Assembly: GCA_963718615.1 (NCBI GenBank)
Contig: OY970368.1
Location: 5,856,001 to 5,920,000, forward strand
DNA from: an uncultured cyanobacterium
GTDB lineage: Bacteria > Cyanobacteriota > Cyanobacteriia > PCC-9006 > JAAUQQ01
Length of the DNA stretch: 64,000 nucleotides
Direction of reading: 5' to 3'
The position numbers and the translations under genes are program-made. The notes beneath the pieces were generated by a model, which worked only from the letters and a program-made list of their open reading frames with translations, had not been told where the DNA came from and ran no database searches. Below, piece after piece: positions 9,778 through 20,426 of the stretch. How positions within the stretch are numbered: position 1 is the stretch's first letter; every line of letters begins with the position of its first letter.

Positions 9778-10938
9778 ATGACCAAAATCATCGGGTTGAT
9801 CAGCGGCACCTCCGTCGATGGGATTGATGCGGCGTTTGTAGAGATTTCGGGCACCCAAACGGATTTGCGCGTGGAACTGCTGGCGGGAGAAACCTTTGCC
9901 TATGAGGGGGGATTGCGCGATCGCATCCTCGCCCTTTGCAGCGGTGAACCCATCACCATGGAGGCTTTTGCGGCCCTGGATGATGACATTGCTCGGGCCT
10001 TTTCCCAGGCGGCGATCGCCCTCCAAACCGCCTATCCCCACCATGGCCCCGCCGAGCTTATCGGCTCCCATGGCCAAACGGTTTTCCATCGCCCTGCCCG
10101 AACTCCACAACTGGGGTATTCGCGTCAGCTCGGTCGGGGGGAACTGATCGCCCATCTAACCGGCATCACGACCCTCAGTAACTTCCGCGCCGCCGACATC
10201 GCTGCGGGAGGTCAAGGCGCGCCCCTGGTTCCCCCCGTGGATGCTTATTTATTGGGACATGCCAGCGAATCTCGCGCCGTCCAAAATATCGGTGGAATTG
10301 GCAATGTAACGTTTTTGCCCGCGCGCCAAACCCCTGACTGGCTCACCCAAGTGCGGGGCTGGGACACTGGACCGGGCAATACGCTACTGGATTTGGCCGT
10401 ACAGCGACTTTCCCAGGGCCAGCTCAGCTACGATGCCGATGGAGCCTGGGCCGCCCAGGGCCAAGCCTGTCTCTCCCTCGTGCAGCAATGGCTTCAGGAT
10501 CCCTACTTTCAACAGCCCCCCCCCAAATCCACCGGACGAGAGCGGTTTGGCTGGGCCTATTTGGAAGCACAGTGGAGTGATCTGGACGCCGAAGCACTCT
10601 CCTCGGCAGATATTTTAGCCACGCTCACCGAGTTTACCGCCGCGTCCATTGCCCAGGAATATCAGCGCTTTTTACCCCAATTACCCGATCGCATCCTCCT
10701 CTGTGGCGGCGGCAGTCGCAATGGCCATTTGCAGCATCGGTTGGCCCAGCATCTTCCCCATATCCCGGTGCAAACCACCGACGAGATGGGTCTCAGCGCC
10801 GACTTTAAGGAGGCGATCGCCTTCGCCGTCCTCGCCCACTGGCACCAGCAGGGTATTTCTGGCAACCTTCCCAGCGTTACCGGGGCTCAAACCCATCAGA
10901 TTCTCGGTGAGCGCCACCCGAGCTGCGTGCTAGCATAG
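9778..10938 (+). CDS. anmK: Anhydro-N-acetylmuramic acid kinase
   Basis: [57 protein letters not shown]. Confidence 0.95.
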   Translation: MTKIIGLISGTSVDGIDAAFVEISGTQTDLRVELLAGETFAYEGGLRDRILALCSGEPITMEAFAALDDDIARAFSQAAIALQTAYPHHGPAELIGSHGQTVFHRPARTPQLGYSRQLGRGELIAHLTGITTLSNFRAADIAAGGQGAPLVPPVDAYLLGHASESRAVQNIGGIGNVTFLPARQTPDWLTQVRGWDTGPGNTLLDLAVQRLSQGQLSYDADGAWAAQGQACLSLVQQWLQDPYFQQPPPKSTGRERFGWAYLEAQWSDLDAEALSSADILATLTEFTAASIAQEYQRFLPQLPDRILLCGGGSRNGHLQHRLAQHLPHIPVQTTDEMGLSADFKEAIAFAVLAHWHQQGISGNLPSVTGAQTHQILGERHPSCVLA

Positions 10939-10972
10939 TCCCCGAAGTCTCAGTCTTTGGACCTCGTGTTTG

Positions 10973-11419
10973 GTGGCGCATTCCTTTCTCATAGAACCGG
11001 GGAGTTGGACCCTTCAGGGCGACTGGATCGAAGGGGACGGGCAGGTGATTCCCGTCAAAGGTAAAACCTTGATCTCCTGGGGCAAGGACGATTGGTTTGT
11101 CATGGTAACCAAGCTGATTTTTGAAAGCGATCGCCATCCCGAAATCATCTGCCGCTACAAAGGACGTTTTGACGGGGAAACCCAGCATTACAACTTTGTC
11201 CTGGACCATAGCCTTTTGGGTAATCTTGAAGGGGAAGGCTGGCTGACCGAGCGGTCTGTGATTCAACGCTACTGGGTGTTGCAGGACAACCAGCGGCGCA
11301 CCGGGCTCGATACGATGACGTTGGGCGATCGCCAAGCCTACACCTTCAGCAGTACACTCATGACCGGCCATCGTCTCAACACAGTCCTAGAAGGCACCCT
11401 CGCCCGCGCTACCCACTAG
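10973..11419 (+). CDS. Conserved cyanobacterial hypothetical protein
   Basis: Clean ORF with host codon usage; (M)AHSFL.EPG.W, EGEGW, IQRYWVL.D..RRTG. Confidence 0.75.
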   Translation: MAHSFLIEPGSWTLQGDWIEGDGQVIPVKGKTLISWGKDDWFVMVTKLIFESDRHPEIICRYKGRFDGETQHYNFVLDHSLLGNLEGEGWLTERSVIQRYWVLQDNQRRTGLDTMTLGDRQAYTFSSTLMTGHRLNTVLEGTLARATH

Positions 11420-11680
11420 TTAAGCCAGCGTGACAATGCGGAGATTTAGTTCCCACAGGTCTTTGGGGAGTTGGTCAACGCTACTGAACCTGCCCTTCTA
11501 GATCCAGAGTAAACTTTGGATAGCGGGTAAACTTCATCACAGTTTTCTTGGAAGCTGTAGGGAAACCTTCATAAAACCACAGCGGTCTTCCGTAGTCATG
11601 CGGAATTGAGTGACTGGCGCTCCCCTTCCCTGATTTTGTTGAGGCAAACACCCTTGATCTCGCAAAGTGTCCATCGTGCC

Positions 11681-13267
11681 ATGACAGCACCAGATCCGAA
11701 TATTGGGCGGGTTTTAGACGATCGCTACGAGCTGATTGAGCTGGTAGGTAAAGGGGCTATGGGTCGGGTTTACCTGGCCAAGCATGTGCTGCTGGGGGGC
11801 GCGGTTGCCGTTAAGTTTTTGTCGCAAACGCTGCTGAGTAATAAGATGCGCGATCGCTTCTTTGCAGAAGCCCGCACCTGTGCCCAGCTGGGCCAAAAAA
11901 GCATCCACATTGTCCGCGTCAGTGACTTTGGCGTCGATGACACCGATATTCCGTTCTATGTGATGGAATATCTCCAAGGAGAAAATCTTAGCAGTCTCAT
12001 TCAAGCCCAGCCCCTCCCCTTGCCTCGGTTTTTGGGGATCATGCGTCAGACCTGTCTCGGCCTCAAGACGGCCCATGAAGGCATTTCTGTGGAAGGCAAG
12101 CTCTGCCCGATTATCCACCGCGACATCAAACCCAGCAATATTCTCGTCACCCCCGACGACACCATGGGGGAGCTTTCCAAAATTCTCGATTTCGGCATCG
12201 CCAAGCTCATCCAAGAAGACGCCAGCCAAACCCAAGGATTTATGGGAACCCTGGCCTACTCTTCACCGGAGCAGATGGAAGGCAAGGAGCTCGATAATCG
12301 CTCCGATATTTACAGTCTGGGCATTTTGATGTTCCAGAGCCTCACTGGCAAGCTGCCCATCTACACCGATAACCACACCTTCGGCGGTTGGTACAAGGCC
12401 CACCACTTCCAAGAACCGCGTCAACTGGCAGAAATTGCCCCTCAACTCAAGCTGCCAGGAAGCCTCACCCGTTTGATTAGCGCCTGCCTGGAAAAGAAAC
12501 CCGAGAACCGCCCACAAAACGTTGAGGAAATTCTTCGAGATCTTACGCCCCTGGAGCATCGCTTTGGCACGGGTCGGCAAATTGGTCATCGCATTCAGTC
12601 GACACTCGCTCGGCTGCCTGTGGTTCAGAAAAAGACCGATCACCCCCCCGATGTTCCAAACAAGGGGGTTAATTTTGATGAGGTTTGTTATCTCCAATCC
12701 TGGCCCAAAAACAAGCCCAATGCCCGTATCGTTTTTCCTCGTAAGATCAGAACCAGCGACGGTATCTTGCTGACGCTTTGGGTCATGTTGCCCAAGGAAG
12801 AAATCGAGCAGCTCAAGGTTAGTCGCCTCTACACGCGGGTCTATCGCAATTTCCTCTGCACCATGTCCCCCCATCCCATGGCCATGTGGATCACGGCACT
12901 CCACAATCGCCTCTGTCATGAAGCTCAGGAAGCGCGCTGGTTAACCTGTTTCTTGGATCTCAAAACCGAGCAGGGTCAAGAGTATTTACATTTGCTCAGT
13001 GACCAGGGCGACTATCGCATTTTGTTCTTCGCTCTCGAAGAGCCCAAACGCTGTGCCCATATTCTCACGACTCGGATTAATCCAGCCCAGTGCGAGCAAA
13101 TGAAGCAGTGGATTGTCAATGGTCGCGGTTGGCGCGGTCCGGAGCAGTCGACGCTGAGCAAAGAAATGCTGCGCCATGAGCTAGAACGCATTAAGCCCAA
13201 GGTCCAGGAAACGCTAAACGCTGCCGATGGGCAAAGCGGTACCTTGTTTCCCGGTTTTGAAGCTTAA
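11681..13267 (+). CDS. Hanks-type Ser/Thr protein kinase, SpkA-like
   Basis: GKGAMGRVY, VAVK, HRDIKPSN, DFG, SPEQ, cyanobacterial C-terminal domain (WPKNKP.A.IVFP). Confidence 0.9.
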   Translation: MTAPDPNIGRVLDDRYELIELVGKGAMGRVYLAKHVLLGGAVAVKFLSQTLLSNKMRDRFFAEARTCAQLGQKSIHIVRVSDFGVDDTDIPFYVMEYLQGENLSSLIQAQPLPLPRFLGIMRQTCLGLKTAHEGISVEGKLCPIIHRDIKPSNILVTPDDTMGELSKILDFGIAKLIQEDASQTQGFMGTLAYSSPEQMEGKELDNRSDIYSLGILMFQSLTGKLPIYTDNHTFGGWYKAHHFQEPRQLAEIAPQLKLPGSLTRLISACLEKKPENRPQNVEEILRDLTPLEHRFGTGRQIGHRIQSTLARLPVVQKKTDHPPDVPNKGVNFDEVCYLQSWPKNKPNARIVFPRKIRTSDGILLTLWVMLPKEEIEQLKVSRLYTRVYRNFLCTMSPHPMAMWITALHNRLCHEAQEARWLTCFLDLKTEQGQEYLHLLSDQGDYRILFFALEEPKRCAHILTTRINPAQCEQMKQWIVNGRGWRGPEQSTLSKEMLRHELERIKPKVQETLNAADGQSGTLFPGFEA

Positions 13268-13283
13268 ATGTCTTAGATGCGTC

Positions 13284-13316
13284 TAGACCAGGTCTAAGCC
13301 TGGTCTAAGCTTTTTT
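13284..13316 (+). terminator. Possible terminator after the Ser/Thr kinase
   Basis: TAGACCAGG / CCTGGTCTA stem, then AGCTTTTTT. Confidence 0.45.
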
Positions 13317-13370
13317 ACTCAAGGGAGAACCGATGCATGAGAAGATAAAAGACGGATCGATATCGATTGC

Positions 13371-15437
13371 ATGAGCATCTCGACTTCCACCTTAGCCACT
13401 TTACTGGAGTCCCTGAAGTCGAATTCGGGACACAGTTTAGTTCGACCTCAAATTTATTTCAAGTCTTCCCTGACGGCCTTGTCCCATGCCATGGAAGACC
13501 AGGCTTTGGCGGGGAGCGATCGCCCCTTAATTATCGCTACCTTTCAACAGGAACGATTTTATCGCCAAGAGGCTCATCGGTACGAGCGCATTGCGGCGCA
13601 AACCAATCAGGTCTACGTGTTGGCAGCTCCGGAAACGGATTTTACCAATGCATCCGGTATCTATGAAACCATCGCCTTTGGACAAACCGATAGCCTGACC
13701 CAGGAATGGAATTTGGTGGTGATCGGAGAGCATTACGCCAGTTGCTTGGTGTGCGAGGAGCGCCAGATTCGCCAGCGGTTGACCCCCCAGCACATGGATC
13801 CCAGTCGGCGATTTGAGGGCATTTGGACCTTTGATCGCGCCATCAGCACCCGTGCGGCAGAGTTATTGCTCGATCGCATCCTCCACTATCGGCCAGAACT
13901 GGCGGACAAGGTCCAAGCCGCCCGCACTCAACTGTCACTTCAGGTCGAAAATCCAGCCCATTTGGCTACCCCCGGTCCCTTTGCTGAACGACTGGTGACC
14001 TATCTTCAGGCGGGTCAGTACAAGCTGCTTAAGGCCTATCGCTCGATCTCCGCCAAAGAACGGCGGGAGCGTTTGGTCAATTCTATTACCGCAGCCATCC
14101 GCCAGTCCCTCGATATCGAAGCGATTTTTCAAATTGCAGCGAAGGAATTGGGGGAAGCCCTAGAGGCTTGTCGTTGTCTGATTTATCCCTGTCGAGCGGA
14201 CGATACCCAAGCCGAGCTGCGCTATGAGTTTTTGACGACGTCGGTGTCTGCTTTGGCGGGGCGATCGCTCCCCCTTGCCCAAAACCCACTCTTTCAGCAG
14301 GCCGTGGCCCAAGCAAGTCCCTTGTTTGTGGAATCGGTCAGAGAAGATCCCCGTGTGCAAACCCATCGCCTTTTGCAAAACTGGGTAGAACTGGGGCAAA
14401 TTGAAAGCTGGCTGATGGTACCGTTGCTCCATCAGGGAGAGCTCTTGGGGATGGTGGAGTTGCATCGCTGTGCGGGTCAAGCTTGCGAGGGTCCTCTTTG
14501 GAACGAGGCGGATTTGGCTTTGGTGGAGGCGATCGCCCCCCAAATCAGCGTTGCCCTCATTCAAGCCCGTGCCTATACCCATCTCGAAAACCTCAATCAG
14601 CAACTGGAGGAACTGGAGCGCACCCGCTATAACCTGACGGCGATCGTCGGTCACGAACTCCGCACCCCACTAGCAACGGTCAAAATTTGCTTGGAAAGCC
14701 TAGCGAGCGAACCCGATATGTCGGCAGAAGTGCGCCAGGTCATGCTCAATACTGCCCTAGGGGATGCGGAGCGACTGCGGGAATTGGTTCAGGACTTTTT
14801 GACCCTCTCACGGCTAGAAAGCGGACGGGTCAAGCTCACCCCAGAATCCCTGTCGCTGCAAGAATGCGTTAGCTTGGCCCTGAGCAATCTCAATGCCCGA
14901 CGGGATAAAGAGCGATTACCCGACATCAGCAGTGATGTCTCGGCGGATCTGCCCCTGGTGGAAGTTGATGGGGAGTGGCTAGTGGAGGTTTTGGCCAAGC
15001 TCCTGGATAATGCCTGTAAATTCACAGAACCCAATGGCACTGTGGTGATTCAGGCCCAGGCCATTGCAGGGTCGATGCTAGAAGTCACGATCGCGGACAC
15101 TGGACGAGGCATCGATCCAGAACGGCTAGAAACAATTTTTGAGCGATTTTATCAGGAAGAAGGCGCGCTGCGTCGAACAGCGGGCGGCACGGGATTGGGC
15201 CTAGCGATTTGCCGTCAAATCATTTCACGCCTAGGCGGTCGGATTTGGGCAGAGTCGGAAGGTCCCAATCGAGGGACTCAGTTTCACTTTACCATTCCCC
15301 TCGCTCCCAGCATGTCTCCAACCTCAAACAGTTCAAATAATTCAAATAGTTCAAATCGCTCTAAGACCAATTCTAAAGCTGCGGAAAAAAGCCCAACAAA
15401 GCGTAAACCCCGCACCAAGCGGCGGCCCTCAACCTGA
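13371..15437 (+). CDS. DICT-GAF histidine kinase, Hik2/CSK-like
   Basis: DICT start YFKSSLTALSHAMED..FQQERFY, GAF with Cys residues, H box GHELRTPL, HATPase_c GGTGLGL. Confidence 0.88.
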   Translation: MSISTSTLATLLESLKSNSGHSLVRPQIYFKSSLTALSHAMEDQALAGSDRPLIIATFQQERFYRQEAHRYERIAAQTNQVYVLAAPETDFTNASGIYETIAFGQTDSLTQEWNLVVIGEHYASCLVCEERQIRQRLTPQHMDPSRRFEGIWTFDRAISTRAAELLLDRILHYRPELADKVQAARTQLSLQVENPAHLATPGPFAERLVTYLQAGQYKLLKAYRSISAKERRERLVNSITAAIRQSLDIEAIFQIAAKELGEALEACRCLIYPCRADDTQAELRYEFLTTSVSALAGRSLPLAQNPLFQQAVAQASPLFVESVREDPRVQTHRLLQNWVELGQIESWLMVPLLHQGELLGMVELHRCAGQACEGPLWNEADLALVEAIAPQISVALIQARAYTHLENLNQQLEELERTRYNLTAIVGHELRTPLATVKICLESLASEPDMSAEVRQVMLNTALGDAERLRELVQDFLTLSRLESGRVKLTPESLSLQECVSLALSNLNARRDKERLPDISSDVSADLPLVEVDGEWLVEVLAKLLDNACKFTEPNGTVVIQAQAIAGSMLEVTIADTGRGIDPERLETIFERFYQEEGALRRTAGGTGLGLAICRQIISRLGGRIWAESEGPNRGTQFHFTIPLAPSMSPTSNSSNNSNSSNRSKTNSKAAEKSPTKRKPRTKRRPST

Positions 15438-15511
15438 TCTAGACAGAGCAATCTTTTTTTGAGGCAGTCTTTTGTTAAGCTAGTCTTATGGTGAGGCTAA
15501 AGCAGCGCACA

Positions 15512-18016
15512 CTACTGCGGAGCAGCCAAATGCTGTTCCAAAATCAACTCGATTTTTTCTAACTCAAATTGAGCTGCCAATCTAACTAACGGTTTGAGAA
15601 AAGGTCCATAATTTGCATTCTCTTCCCAGAGGCGTTCTGCGGTTTGGGTGAATTTTTGAGCTCGACCACATTGGGCCAATCCCAAAAGTTGTTCTAATGA
15701 ATTTGGCTCGGGCACCATCAAAGCGGTCTTCTCTGACTCTAGATACATCGTCGAAAGTTCGGTTAAATCGTTTGAGCTAGGCTTATAGGACCATCTCAAA
15801 TCGAGTAAACGTTCTAAGGTCGCTAGCAGCTCATCCCGCTGTATAGGCTTAGCCAAAAAACCATCTCCACCGGCGATCAGGCTCTTTTCTTGATCGGTTT
15901 TACTCACTGACGCAGATGCAACTAAAACCTTAATAGACTTAAGGCTTTCATCCCTACGCAGTTGATTTAAGAGTTCATAGCCATTCATGACGGGCATTGT
16001 CAAGTCGGTAATGATTAAATCCGGTTGAACTTTGCGGGCCTTGTCTAGCCCTTCTTTGCCGTCACAGGCTTCGATTACGCGAAATCCTAACGGAGTTAAA
16101 AGTCCTATCAAAATTTCACGATTCTGCCATTGATCATCAATAATTAAAAGGGTTTTGATTGAACCTTCATAGCCAACAACATCAGATTTTGCAGAGTCTA
16201 ATGCCGCTGCTTGCCATTCCCTAGAAAGAGGAAGAACGGCATCAAAGAAGAAACAGCTTCCTATCCCAAATTCACTCTGTACTTGAATTTGACTTCCCAT
16301 CAACGTCACGATTTTTTGGCTTATGGCTAGGCCCAAGCCAGTGCCTTCGGCTTGCTTATGGCTATCTCCTACCTGTTCAAAGGGTTGAAAAATATGGTCT
16401 AAATGCTCTGGCTTCATGCCAACCCCAGTATCTTGAACCCAGAACCGAAGTTTGACGCGATCGCCAGACAGATTTGGATCGCTCAAACATTCTACCTTTA
16501 ACGTAATCGTGCCTTGATCTGTAAACTTAACGGCGTTCCCTAAAAGATTAATCAAAACCTGCCGCAATCTTTTTTCATCGGCTTCGATCGCGAGAGGTAG
16601 TTGGGCATCCACCTCGTAGTTTAACGAGAGTCCTTTCTGCTGAATGCGGATCTGCATCATTTCAGTGATTCCCTGCAAAAAGGAACTTAAATGAATTGCC
16701 TGAGGCGTCAAATCCAATTTGCGTGCTTCGATTTTTGAAAGATCTAGAATGTCATTAATTAGCGTTAATAAATGCTGACCACACTGCGCAATTACCTGGA
16801 TTCCATTGCGTTCCTGCTGCCCCCAGTCCTCAGCACGACCAAGAATTTGAGCATAGCCTAAGATTCCATTGAGTGGCGTTCTGAGCTCGTGGCTCATGTT
16901 TGCTAAAAACTCACTTTTCGCAAGGCTAGCCATTTCTGCTTTTTGCTTCGCTTTCTGCAATTCTTCCTCAATTCCCTTGCGGACTGTAATATCCGTCAAC
17001 ATGCTTAAAATCCCCAAGACTGTCTGGGTTTGAGGGTGCCGAATCAAGGTACTATGAATCAAAATCCAGAGTTCCGTACCATCCTGGCGACGAAGCTTGA
17101 GGTCACAGGGCTGATGGTCGCCCTGATAGAGCTGCTGGAAGTGTTGTTGGGCAGCCTGAACCTGGAGATCGGAATCGAAAAAATCAAAGAATGATTGTTC
17201 AATTAACACTTCCTGAGACGAAGTACCCAACATTTCTACAATCTTGTGATTGACAAATGTACTTTTCCCTTGCGTATCAAATAGCCAGATGCCCTCTTCT
17301 GAGGTCTCCACAATCCGACGATATTGGGCTTCACTTTCATTCAGCGCTGACAATACCTTCTGTCGCTCTTGCACAAACTGAAGGGTTAAATAGGCCACTA
17401 ACAGCAGAAAAAAGAGTAATAAGATCGAGACGATCGCCAGCAGCTTTAAGGAGTTAGACCGAGCCGCAACCAAGGCTGAATATTGAGCATTATGCTGATG
17501 GAGGAGTACGCGCTTTCCGTCATTAATACCGACTTCTAGCTGATTCAGATCTTGAATAATTTTTTGTCTAGATTCTTGTTTAGATTCCTGACTGGATTCT
17601 GGGCTAGCTTTTGGGTTAGCTTCTGGGTTAGATAACTCCTGTCGCCATTGATTGAGGCGATCGCGAACTGCATACCATTGAGAAACCATCAAGGCCATCT
17701 TTTGTCGAAGCTCTGGACTCAAATCAGCAGCGACATGATGCTGTTGAATGATACGAATTCGGCTTTCCACCAAATCCATTTGAAAATCGATTGAATCAAA
17801 GGACTTAGGTACAGCTTGAGATTCTATGACAATCGAAAGACGCAAAATTTCCCGATGAAGTTGATCTAAAGAATGACTAGAAAGATTAAGACCACTGGTC
17901 AACAGCGCATCCTGTCTGCGAATCTGATTAACCAGATTGACACCAGTAGTCGCAATCCCTGCCACCAGGCTCAGAGCCACCGTAGCAACAATAACTACCC
18001 GTGCTCCAGCAGCCAT
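15512..18016 (-). CDS. Membrane hybrid histidine kinase (2 TM, extracytoplasmic helical domain, PAS, HisKA, HATPase_c, REC)
   Basis: Two hydrophobic segments, PAS (EGIW..D..G....VN), FLANMSHELRTPL, NLLGNAVKFT, GTGLGL, LIITDLTMP. Confidence 0.92.
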   Translation of the reverse strand: MAAGARVVIVATVALSLVAGIATTGVNLVNQIRRQDALLTSGLNLSSHSLDQLHREILRLSIVIESQAVPKSFDSIDFQMDLVESRIRIIQQHHVAADLSPELRQKMALMVSQWYAVRDRLNQWRQELSNPEANPKASPESSQESKQESRQKIIQDLNQLEVGINDGKRVLLHQHNAQYSALVAARSNSLKLLAIVSILLLFFLLLVAYLTLQFVQERQKVLSALNESEAQYRRIVETSEEGIWLFDTQGKSTFVNHKIVEMLGTSSQEVLIEQSFFDFFDSDLQVQAAQQHFQQLYQGDHQPCDLKLRRQDGTELWILIHSTLIRHPQTQTVLGILSMLTDITVRKGIEEELQKAKQKAEMASLAKSEFLANMSHELRTPLNGILGYAQILGRAEDWGQQERNGIQVIAQCGQHLLTLINDILDLSKIEARKLDLTPQAIHLSSFLQGITEMMQIRIQQKGLSLNYEVDAQLPLAIEADEKRLRQVLINLLGNAVKFTDQGTITLKVECLSDPNLSGDRVKLRFWVQDTGVGMKPEHLDHIFQPFEQVGDSHKQAEGTGLGLAISQKIVTLMGSQIQVQSEFGIGSCFFFDAVLPLSREWQAAALDSAKSDVVGYEGSIKTLLIIDDQWQNREILIGLLTPLGFRVIEACDGKEGLDKARKVQPDLIITDLTMPVMNGYELLNQLRRDESLKSIKVLVASASVSKTDQEKSLIAGGDGFLAKPIQRDELLATLERLLDLRWSYKPSSNDLTELSTMYLESEKTALMVPEPNSLEQLLGLAQCGRAQKFTQTAERLWEENANYGPFLKPLVRLAAQFELEKIELILEQHLAAPQ

Positions 18017-18106
18017 AGATCACCTTTAATCCTATGCATCATTACTTGAACAATCAAATTATCAAAGAAATACGAAGCGATAAGCGTAAAACACCAAAAT
18101 TTCTAA

Positions 18107-18185
18107 ACAGAAATTACCAGACAGAAATTACCAGACAGAAATTACCAGACAGAAATTACCAGACAGAAATTACCAGACAGAAATT
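18107..18185. repeat. Perfect tandem repeat, 14-bp unit ACAGAAATTACCAG, 5 copies plus 9 nt
   Basis: Read directly: units start at 18107, 18121, 18135, 18149, 18163, partial at 18177. Confidence 0.97.
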
Positions 18186-18222
18186 TTTAGAAACATTATG
18201 AATAGAAGTTGTTAGATAGAAA

Positions 18223-18783
18223 TTATTGAACTGCGAGAGACTTGATTTGCCAAACCCAATAAGAATCCGTTTGATTCGGATCAAACTTGTAATCATCGTA
18301 GGGAAAAACAAGCATGGCAGGTCCCCGATAGTCTTCCTTCATATACTTGCCGTCCTGCTGAAGGGCAAAGAGAACTGGATAATCTTGAACTAACTGAATC
18401 GGAACGCTGACTTTATAATCGTTGAGTGCGGTCACTTCCAAAGTGGTAGCATCCGGTTTAACCTGTAGAACCGCTAACAAATCTTTCATCAAAACTCCCC
18501 GAAAAGTTCGTTTTGCCTTTTCAAAGGGATCCGTCACAGTATATTCCACGACTCCAATGGATTCGATCGTAGATAAATCCATCACGACCTTATCCGCTTG
18601 ATTAGTTTTGCCCACGGCCCCGGTCACGGTCAGCAAGGGTTTGGATTGAGGCAGCGGAATAGGGCTATTCCCCTGAAGGGTTGCAGGGCTAATCCGCTGA
18701 TACACCTGATCAAAGGCAGGCTGCGTTGAGCAACCCGCGAGGGCTACGATGGTCGTGATGACCACTGGCATCAGATATCTCAT
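18223..18783 (-). CDS. Lipoprotein with degenerate molybdopterin-oxidoreductase (SUOX) fold, PruR-like putative pterin-binding protein
   Basis: Lipobox LAGC; LLTVTG, F.GV..KDLL, ALNDY, RGP..LVFPYD, WVWQIK.L; no Cys other than the lipobox Cys. Confidence 0.75.
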   Translation of the reverse strand: MRYLMPVVITTIVALAGCSTQPAFDQVYQRISPATLQGNSPIPLPQSKPLLTVTGAVGKTNQADKVVMDLSTIESIGVVEYTVTDPFEKAKRTFRGVLMKDLLAVLQVKPDATTLEVTALNDYKVSVPIQLVQDYPVLFALQQDGKYMKEDYRGPAMLVFPYDDYKFDPNQTDSYWVWQIKSLAVQ

Positions 18784-18882
18784 TGTTGTTACGCTTTGTC
18801 TTCACGCTGAGGATTTTATTCTTAAGGTTCCCAGCGCTGCGCTTGGCCTAACCCATAGAGATATTATGTGGAGGAAAGACGT

Positions 18883-20103
18883 CTAGGGGTGAGAATAACT
18901 GCGACCTTTCCAGGTTCCCCCCTTGCCCTGCCAGTGGCGGCGCGCGGAGTCAAGCGTCATGAGGCTGTAGAGGAGGGCGATCGCCGGTAATCCCAGACTC
19001 GCAAACCAAGGCTGGCGATAGAGGCGCAATGTGGGCCAGTAGGCGATCGCCATCAGTCCCCAGGTCAATAGCCCCAAACTCAACAAGGGTCCATTCATGC
19101 TTAAGGCTCCCCAAAGAACGGCTAGGGGAGCGACTAAATACACCAAACTCATTCCCACCAGCGTCCCCATTAGGAGCCAAGGGGAGTAGTACAACTGGGT
19201 GTAAGCGGTGCGGGCGACCATGTCCCAGATACTTTTGAGGGTAGGGTAGGGGCGCAGGCTGACGGTTTGGGTGCTGAGGCCCAGCCAAATGTGGCCCCCT
19301 CGGCGTTTGACCGCAGCGGCGAGGGAGCAATCGTCGATCAGGGCCTCGCGCACCACTTCAATGCCGCCGATGGCCTGGAGCATACTGGTGCGCAGCAGAA
19401 TACAGCCCCCCGCCGCCGCTGCAATTTTGCGCTGGGGTTGGTTAACCCAAGGAAAGGGGTAGAGTTTTTGGAAAAAGAAGATAAAGGCCGGAATCAGTTG
19501 CCGTTCCCAAAAGCTGTCGCAGCGGAGCTGAACCATCAGCGACGTCAGGTCCAGGGCTTCCCATTCCGCTTTGACGATTAGCTGTTCGAGGTTATGGGGC
19601 GCGTGGCGAATGTCGGCGTCGGTGAGCAGGATGTAGTCGGGTTGCTCAGATACGGAAGCATGGGGCAATTGCTGTGCCCAGTCAATGCCCTGCTTCAGCG
19701 CCCAGAGTTTGCCTGTCCAGCCAGAGGGGAGCGGTTGTCCTGGCAACACTGTCAGTTGGCGATGTGGGGCCTCACTAGGTCCCTGTTTGTGGAGTTGTTG
19801 GGCGAGATCCGTGGCGATCGCCCCTGTGCCATCGCTGCTCTGGTCGTCCACCAAGATGATCCGCAAAGGACCCGGATAGGTTTGGGCGAGGAGCGATCGC
19901 AAACTCTCCCCAATGACGCTGGCCTCGTTGCGGGCCGGAATCACAATGGCGACGGGGGGATATTTGTCGATGGGTTTTGGCAGAGAACCTTCGTCAAGTC
20001 GTTGGTCACAGCGCCAAAAGTTGCCCCAGCAAAAGACTAAAAATAGCCAAATGACAAAGGACAACGTGGCTAGGACGATGGCGATCGCCACAAAACTGTT
20101 CAT
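18883..20103 (-). CDS. hpnB: Hopanoid-associated GT2 glycosyltransferase
   Basis: IPARNEA, VDDQSSDGT, GWTGKLWAL, LTDADI, AAAAGGCIL, LIDDC.LA, WDMVARTAYTQL, WKGR; divergent from shc. Confidence 0.88.
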   Translation of the reverse strand: MNSFVAIAIVLATLSFVIWLFLVFCWGNFWRCDQRLDEGSLPKPIDKYPPVAIVIPARNEASVIGESLRSLLAQTYPGPLRIILVDDQSSDGTGAIATDLAQQLHKQGPSEAPHRQLTVLPGQPLPSGWTGKLWALKQGIDWAQQLPHASVSEQPDYILLTDADIRHAPHNLEQLIVKAEWEALDLTSLMVQLRCDSFWERQLIPAFIFFFQKLYPFPWVNQPQRKIAAAAGGCILLRTSMLQAIGGIEVVREALIDDCSLAAAVKRRGGHIWLGLSTQTVSLRPYPTLKSIWDMVARTAYTQLYYSPWLLMGTLVGMSLVYLVAPLAVLWGALSMNGPLLSLGLLTWGLMAIAYWPTLRLYRQPWFASLGLPAIALLYSLMTLDSARRHWQGKGGTWKGRSYSHP

Positions 20104-20426
20104 TAATTCCCCGCTCTCCCCGCTCATTTAGTTGTGCAATTCAATTGAGCTATAAACTTCAAAAATCCAGACAACGCCCATCAACAACGGCTTGACGGCG
20201 ATTCAATTGCTGACGGGTTCTGCGTTCATGGGTCAAGGGGAGATACAAAATGCTACTCAAATGACGTCCTTATCCTAGCAAGCTAGCGCAGCCTTGTCGC
20301 TTTTGGCATCCGGTGGAGCACTATTTTCCAATCGCCAATAATCTGAAACGATGTACAGAAAGAAAAAGGGCATCCTAATGCTGTAGAAAGCGTTAGATTG
20401 ACCCAACGTGTTGAGGAGTGAGGGAC

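Noticed and set aside
18107-18185. Possible CRISPR array
   Set aside because: The units are 14 bp and directly abutting with no spacers, and there are no cas genes.
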